In this document: positions 51,520 through 57,330 of the stretch, one piece after another
Layout: every line of letters starts with the position of its first letter
Position numbering within the stretch: the stretch's first letter is position 1
Assembly: GCA_051652765.1 (NCBI GenBank)
Contig: JBOFUV010000086.1
Coordinates: forward strand, 1-57,330
Length of the DNA: 57,330 bases
Reading direction: 5' to 3'
DNA from: Microcoleaceae cyanobacterium
Lineage (GTDB): Bacteria > Cyanobacteriota > Cyanobacteriia > Cyanobacteriales > Microcoleaceae
The notes under the pieces: generated by a model
The model's database searches: none
Told to the model about the DNA's origin: nothing
The model's input: the letters and a program-made list of their open reading frames with translations, nothing else
Made by a program: the position numbers and the translations under genes

Positions 51520-51969
51520 AGGAGTTTAATCTGAAGAATATTGAGCCTATGATCGTTTTCTGAGGCGAACTGGGAACTCTACTTGGAGTTGGTGTTGTAA
51601 CTGCTTCAGTAAGTGGTGCATTCAGTGAGTGGTGCGGTCTTATTCCTATTTTAAGAAATGAGAGTGTACTGCGCTTCCATAGAGTAGGGATCTCCCCGCC
51701 AACGTGATCTTGGTCACTCTAGTTGCAGTGGCTTTGGACTTAGATGTCAGAAGCATGATGTTGGAAGCATAGATTGGGAAATTATTCCTCAAGAGAATTT
51801 TCCAATCTATGCTCCAAGTTGGGGTTATAGATGATACGCTCTATCTGACATTGCTTTAAGGTAGTTTGAGGCTTACAAATTTCTGAGAATTGATCATTTA
51901 GGAATACTTGCAAAGTACTCAGGGATTTGGCTACTTGACTTACGGGATTATTGATGAGGAGGTTCGGCC

Positions 51970-54900
51970 ATGACAGGCGTTGTTCTGCCAACGATTACAG
52001 CCATATTAGTTGATACGAATGAGACCGTTGAAGTTTTTCAGACCGAGAACGGTCGATGGCAGCTCTTTGGCAGTGAGGTCTTCACCATTGGCGATTTGAT
52101 TCCGGGCGATCCTCCCATTTTTGTTCCAGATGCTGCGACCCCAGTTCCCACGCCAAGCCCCGATCCCATTCCAGATCCAGAACCGACTCCCACCCCCACC
52201 CCGACTCCTACCCCAACAACTCCAGAGCCTACTCCTGCTCCCACCCCTGCCGCCGATAACCTTGCGCCCATTGCCGTGGATGATCAGGTGATCGCGATCG
52301 CAGGACAAGTTGCAGTCTTCAATGTCCTGGATAATGATTTTGATCCAGATGACGACACCGTCGAAGGCAGCACCGTCACTTCGACTTTGAGTATTGGTCA
52401 AGTGGGTACGGCGACTAACGGAACCCTAGAAGTTAACAGAGACACCGGAGTTTTTGTCTATCAAGCCAACCTGGATTTTACCGGGCTCGAGGTGATTGCC
52501 TACAGTGCCAGCGATGGCCAAACCACATCAAACTTGGCCAACGTGTTTATTACTGTCCTGCCCTCAGGCTTGATTACTATTTCGGGTGCAGGAGTCGGAA
52601 CAGACGGCGATGATTCCATTCTGGGTTCTCAGACCACAGCAGATTCAATTAACGGCCTCGGAGGCAGTGACACGATTTTTGGCCAGGAATTGGCTGATGT
52701 CCTTTCTGGCAACGAAGGAGACGACTTAATCTTTGGCAACGCCGACAACGACACAATCGACGGAGCCCAAGGGAATGACTGCCTCTACGGGGGTAAAAAT
52801 GCTGATTTTATCCTGGGACAGGAAGGAAATGATCAGGCGTTTGGTAACTTGGGACAGGACACCCTGTTTGGTGGTCAAGGCCAGGATTCACTGTACGGAG
52901 GCCAGGGAACGGATTGCCTCCGAGGGGGCGTAGACAACGATCTCCTGTTTGGGGACAAAGATAGTGATGTTCTCCAAGGTGACGCGGGGAATGACAGCGT
53001 GTATGGGGGCGACGGTGAAGACTTTATCTTTGGCAACGATGGTTCAGACTCTCTGATCGGTGATGCAGGCAGCGATACGGTTTATGGTGGTACAGGTTCA
53101 GACACGATCCTGGGCGGAGATGACATTGACCAACTAGCTGGAGAAGTTGGAGATGACTTTGTCTTTGGGGGGTTGGGAGCTGACACCTTAACAGGGGGTT
53201 CTGGCTCTGACACCTTTGCGATCGCCGAAGGAACCGGTGGCCCTAGTCTAGAAGATGCAGATATTGTTGATGACTTTCAAACGGGCACTGACCGTATTGG
53301 GTTAGCGGATGGCCTGAGTTTTGAAGAATTAGGCATTTTCCAAAGTAGCGAGAATGCAGGGGATACGATTATCCGCATTGGCACCGATGGAGAATTTCTG
53401 GCAGTTTTACTGGGGGTTGACAGCAACAGCTTAACGGAATCTAACTTTGTTGGAGCTGACGTTCCTCTAACGCCAACACCCACCCCGACTCCGACAACGT
53501 CTCCCACCCCGACTCCGACAACGTCTCCCACCCCGACTCCGACAACGTCTCCTACTCCGACAACGTCTCCCACACCCACCCCAACTCCAACTCCGACAGA
53601 CCCTCCAACCCCCACACCCACCCCAACTCCAACTCCGACAGACCCCCCCACGCCCACCCCAACTCCAACTCCGATTCTCCAGCCCCCGATTGCAGTTGAT
53701 GATTTGGCTAGACGCAATGCAGGGGAGTCAGTCACCTTCAATGTTTTAGTCAATGACATTGATCCCTTGGAAGGAGAACTCTCAGTCATTAGTAATACTC
53801 CGACCACTGGAGGTAGCCTACTCAATCTGGGGGCAGGGTCATTTACCTACACCCCCAGCACGGGCTTCTTGGCGAATGATGGCTTTGTCTATGTAGTGGC
53901 TAATAGCGTTGGCACGGATACGGCTACAGTCAGCCTGATTGTTAACCAACCCCCCGAATTGACGATCAATGAGCTGCTAATTGTAGAAACAGGTCAAGAA
54001 GCGATCATTTCAAGCTTGATCTTGCAGTCTATTGATGCTGATGATCCGCCCAACAATCTCAACTATCGCATTGGTCAGGGCACAGCCCGAGGAGATTTGA
54101 TTTTGCAGGGAACTGCGCCTCAGCCCCTTCGCACGGGCAGTTCTTTCACCCAGCAAAATGTGAATAGTAGTGTGGTTCGCTACAGTGCAGGCAGTGCTGC
54201 CGGGGAAGATGGGTTTATCTTCTTCCTCACCGATGGAGTCGCGACCTTACCACAAACTCTGTTTGACATTGCGATTGTAGACCGAACCCTGGCCGGAACA
54301 TCAGGGGATGACAGCTTGGTTGGCAACGATCTCAGTGACTTCATTCAGGGCTTGGCAGGGAATGATGTCATCCTAGGTGCCGGGAATCGAGATGTCCTTC
54401 AAGGAGATGAAGGCAATGACTTTATTGATGGCGGAGACGGCAACGATATTGTTACCGGAGGCACAGACAACGATACGTTGCTGGGTCAGGGGGGCAGTGA
54501 TTCCCTGGTTGCAGGACTTGGAAACGACTCCATTGTTGGCGGCCCTGGTCAGAATATTATCCAGGGGGAAGGCGGTAGCGATGTCATTACGGGTGGGGAT
54601 GATGGCAACCGAGCCGATGGTGGGGACAGCAACGACCTGATCTCAACTGGATTGGGCAATGATACGGTCACAGGTGGTACTGGAAACGACACTGTTGACA
54701 GTGGTGGCGGAGAAGATCAACTGTTCGGAGAAGCCGGGGAAGACTCCATTGTGGCTGGGGCAGGTCGCGACTTGCTGCAAGGGGGAGAAGATAATGACAC
54801 CCTCCTAGGCCAGGACAACAACGACACAATCTTTGGCAGTGATGGCAGTGATAGCATCCTGGGGGATCAAGGGGATGATACGCTCCTGGGAGGTTCTGGC

Positions 54901-55617
54901 AATGATACGGCCAGTGGCGGAGTGGGTGACGACAGCATGTTTGGTGAAGCAGGTAACGATTCTCTGATCGGCGACCTCGGGAATGACAGCCTGTTCGCGG
55001 GCAGCGGTGATGATATTCTCCTTGGATTTGATGACAATGACCTAATTCTTGGAGATGAGGGGAATGATACCGTTCTGGCAGGGCTAGGCAACGATACCTT
55101 GACGGGCGGTAGCGGCAGCGATCGCCTCACCGGAAATGACGGGAATGACACGTTCTCCTTCCTCAACCAAGGGGAAGGGGTAGATGTGGTGACTGATTTG
55201 GATGTGTTTGGCGACGATCAGTTCCTGCTTGTAACCAACGGCACGACCAGTTTCTCTGGCTTAATTCCCAACGTTGGCTCCACAGCCCAGCCGCTCCAAG
55301 TGGTTACCATTAATATTGGCAACCAGGGTTCTAATGGGATTGATATTAGTGGACGGCAGTTGATTGTCTTCCAGAATACCTTCGATAGCGTTCAGGGTGC
55401 CAATGCTGCCTTGAGAAACCAAAATGGTTCGAGTGGGGGTTCAGCTCTCTTTATCTACCGAAACACAGGGTTTTCTGGAAACTATGTGTTGGCGTTTGAC
55501 CCCAATTTAAGTGATGACAGTTTGCCTGCCTTTGACCTGTCAATTCTGCCTTCCATTGATCCTTCCCTGAGTAACATCAGTACTATTATTGGGCCGGATG
55601 ACTTTGTCATTATCTAA
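51970..55617 (+). CDS. RTX-type calcium-binding protein with cadherin/Ig-like domains and Pro-Thr linkers
   Basis: many GGxGxDxLx nonapeptides; APIAVDD / NVL.ND.D Ig-like repeats; PT tracts; GGAGG RBS. Confidence 0.93.
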   Translation: MTGVVLPTITAILVDTNETVEVFQTENGRWQLFGSEVFTIGDLIPGDPPIFVPDAATPVPTPSPDPIPDPEPTPTPTPTPTPTTPEPTPAPTPAADNLAPIAVDDQVIAIAGQVAVFNVLDNDFDPDDDTVEGSTVTSTLSIGQVGTATNGTLEVNRDTGVFVYQANLDFTGLEVIAYSASDGQTTSNLANVFITVLPSGLITISGAGVGTDGDDSILGSQTTADSINGLGGSDTIFGQELADVLSGNEGDDLIFGNADNDTIDGAQGNDCLYGGKNADFILGQEGNDQAFGNLGQDTLFGGQGQDSLYGGQGTDCLRGGVDNDLLFGDKDSDVLQGDAGNDSVYGGDGEDFIFGNDGSDSLIGDAGSDTVYGGTGSDTILGGDDIDQLAGEVGDDFVFGGLGADTLTGGSGSDTFAIAEGTGGPSLEDADIVDDFQTGTDRIGLADGLSFEELGIFQSSENAGDTIIRIGTDGEFLAVLLGVDSNSLTESNFVGADVPLTPTPTPTPTTSPTPTPTTSPTPTPTTSPTPTTSPTPTPTPTPTDPPTPTPTPTPTPTDPPTPTPTPTPILQPPIAVDDLARRNAGESVTFNVLVNDIDPLEGELSVISNTPTTGGSLLNLGAGSFTYTPSTGFLANDGFVYVVANSVGTDTATVSLIVNQPPELTINELLIVETGQEAIISSLILQSIDADDPPNNLNYRIGQGTARGDLILQGTAPQPLRTGSSFTQQNVNSSVVRYSAGSAAGEDGFIFFLTDGVATLPQTLFDIAIVDRTLAGTSGDDSLVGNDLSDFIQGLAGNDVILGAGNRDVLQGDEGNDFIDGGDGNDIVTGGTDNDTLLGQGGSDSLVAGLGNDSIVGGPGQNIIQGEGGSDVITGGDDGNRADGGDSNDLISTGLGNDTVTGGTGNDTVDSGGGEDQLFGEAGEDSIVAGAGRDLLQGGEDNDTLLGQDNNDTIFGSDGSDSILGDQGDDTLLGGSGNDTASGGVGDDSMFGEAGNDSLIGDLGNDSLFAGSGDDILLGFDDNDLILGDEGNDTVLAGLGNDTLTGGSGSDRLTGNDGNDTFSFLNQGEGVDVVTDLDVFGDDQFLLVTNGTTSFSGLIPNVGSTAQPLQVVTINIGNQGSNGIDISGRQLIVFQNTFDSVQGANAALRNQNGSSGGSALFIYRNTGFSGNYVLAFDPNLSDDSLPAFDLSILPSIDPSLSNISTIIGPDDFVII
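53461..53675 (+). repeat. Pro-Thr low-complexity tandem repeats
   Basis: repeated CCGACTCCGACAACGTCTCCCACC (PTPTTSPT) and PTPTPTPTDP units. Confidence 0.9.
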
Positions 55618-55726
55618 TGATTCAACAAACTAAAGCTGCCGAGTCAAAACTTCTGGATTACCGACTTTTACACCTGATTGACCTGCTTGAATACGCTTAA
55701 CCCTACCGACAAGGAAGAATCACCCT

Positions 55727-57330
55727 ATGACCAGCGCTCCTAGCCCCGAGAATGAGGTTTTTTTGTACCGACAGGTGATCCCTGGCAATACCCTATTACC
55801 AACATCTGAGTTGGTGGTCGTGATTCCAACAGAGATTCCTGGCCTTGTACAAACTGCACTTCCTGACCCAATTGACGGTCTGATTCGAGTAGGAACGATC
55901 GAAATTGTTGGGAGCGCAGAAGTCTTTGCTCAAACTGGAGTGGTTGTAGAAGGGGGCTTGATTCAGGATACTCCGCTGATTCAAGCTGTATATGTGGTCA
56001 CAGGGGAATTACTCCTGGTAGAAGCAGTTCCAGGCAATGAAGAGGCACTATTTCGGGTGTTTCCGGCAGGGGAAGATCCCCTTGAAGGGATATTGCAGCC
56101 GGGGCCAGGGGGTTCACAGTTGTTCGGAACGGAAGAGGATTTTGCGACCCCTGAACCCACACCCACGCCAACACCCACTCCAGGCACAGACCCAAGCCCC
56201 ACACCAACGCCAACGCCCACTCCAGGCATAGACCCAAGCCCCACACCAACTCCCACTTCAGCGCCTGAACCCGAAGCAATTACCATTCAGGGGGCTGGAG
56301 TTGGAACTGAAGATAGCGACTCAATCTTTGGCAGCAGCCTGAATGATACCATTTCTGCCTTGGCGGGGGATGATACTGCCTTTGGGTTACTGGGAAATGA
56401 CTTCCTGAGTGGTGATGCAGGCCAGGATGTGATTAACGGGAATCAAGGGAATGATGGCATTCGTGGAGGCGAGGACAGCGATTGTCTCCGAGGGGGTCAA
56501 GATCAGGACTTTATCCTTGGAGATGAAGGAGACGATTCTATGTTTGGGGACACCGGGGCAGACACAGCCCTAGGTGGGGCTGGAGTAGACAGCGTGTATG
56601 GCGGTCGCGGCAACGATAGTTTGAACGGCGGCTCCGAGGATGATTTTGTCTCTGGTGATAAGGGCAATGACTCCGTTACTGGGGGCTTAGGCAGTGATAC
56701 CGTTGCTGGCAGCGAGGGCGATGACTTTTTGATTGGGAACTCTGGCTCAGATGTCATGAACGCTGATGCAGGCAATGATCAAGTCTTTGGTGGCCAGGGA
56801 GATGACTGCATTACCGGCAGTCAAGGTGTTGATCAACTGTTTGGCGATGTCGGCAATGACAGTGTGTATGGCGGGGATGACAACGATTTAGTCTTTGGCA
56901 ATGGTGATGACGACTTTCTAAGTGGAGATCTGGGATCGGACAACCTGTTTGGTGGCCAAGGACAGGATATCCTCAATGGCGGCAAAGGTCGAGACACCTT
57001 GTCTGGGGATGAGGGTAATGACTTCCTCGCAGGCGATCGCGGCGCTGATGTGGTCACAGGTGGACGCGGTAGCGACATTTTCTCAGTTGGCTTGATTTTA
57101 GGGGGGTCTGAGTCTGGGGGGAGCGTTATTCTAGGAACCACTGGGGGCAAGACCTTAGACCTGGCAGATATTATTACAGATTTTGACCCTGACGAAGACC
57201 AGATTGGATTGACTGGGGGCCTGACCTTTGGAGATTTGTTAATTCAGGGGCAGGGCGGGGATACTGTTTTAATTGACAAGAACACTGGAGAGTTCCTAGC
57301 CCTACTGCAAGAAGTTGATAGTGCCAACTT
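55727..57330 (+). CDS. second RTX-type calcium-binding protein (3' end outside window)
   Basis: ATG 55727 after AAGGAAG; MTSAPSPENEVFLYRQ...; PT linker, then ITIQGAGVGTEDSDSIFGS and GGxGxD repeats; frame open to the window end. Confidence 0.9.
   Translation, partial: MTSAPSPENEVFLYRQVIPGNTLLPTSELVVVIPTEIPGLVQTALPDPIDGLIRVGTIEIVGSAEVFAQTGVVVEGGLIQDTPLIQAVYVVTGELLLVEAVPGNEEALFRVFPAGEDPLEGILQPGPGGSQLFGTEEDFATPEPTPTPTPTPGTDPSPTPTPTPTPGIDPSPTPTPTSAPEPEAITIQGAGVGTEDSDSIFGSSLNDTISALAGDDTAFGLLGNDFLSGDAGQDVINGNQGNDGIRGGEDSDCLRGGQDQDFILGDEGDDSMFGDTGADTALGGAGVDSVYGGRGNDSLNGGSEDDFVSGDKGNDSVTGGLGSDTVAGSEGDDFLIGNSGSDVMNADAGNDQVFGGQGDDCITGSQGVDQLFGDVGNDSVYGGDDNDLVFGNGDDDFLSGDLGSDNLFGGQGQDILNGGKGRDTLSGDEGNDFLAGDRGADVVTGGRGSDIFSVGLILGGSESGGSVILGTTGGKTLDLADIITDFDPDEDQIGLTGGLTFGDLLIQGQGGDTVLIDKNTGEFLALLQEVDSAN

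Larger units (their letters stand above)
1..57330. repeat. HIP1 octamer GCGATCGC dispersed throughout
   Basis: e.g. 1637, 3140, 8630 and many more; characteristic of cyanobacteria. Confidence 0.9.

Noticed and set aside
52006..57150. minus-strand ORFs with VGVGVG or SLP repeats
   Set aside because: Antisense shadows of the PT and RTX repeats

Overview
57.3-kb chromosomal segment of a cyanobacterium, inferred from many HIP1 GCGATCGC octamers, chlB, acsF, pxcA and pentapeptide/Uma2/DUF928 proteins; probably a filamentous Oscillatoriales-type strain. Most of it is housekeeping: chlB, mtnB, ldcA, aspS, rpe, acsF, cbiX under a cobalamin riboswitch, a CtaA-type Cu ATPase, tmk, a PmbA/TldE protein, a clpC paralog, coaX, proS, purH and pxcA. 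It ends in two tandem RTX/Ca-binding giant proteins, the second running off the window. The left 8 kb is accessory: a Uma2 nuclease, a three-gene uncharacterised His-containing membrane-protein operon behind Fur-like boxes, and an RcaD-like fragment / Uma2 remnant / DUF4132 / pentapeptide cluster. Best leads: (i) a ~220-nt multi-hairpin non-coding leader ending in an intrinsic terminator just before an ABC exporter gene (37621-37846); (ii) the putatively iron-regulated membrane operon (1310-3295); (iii) two families of ~100-bp MITEs carrying REP-like cores, one with a perfect 8-bp target duplication; (iv) a 53-aa membrane protein missing from the ORF track; (v) a 28-aa insertion in AcsF; (vi) pervasive short tandem duplications. 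All calls come from motif recognition by eye; no searches were run.
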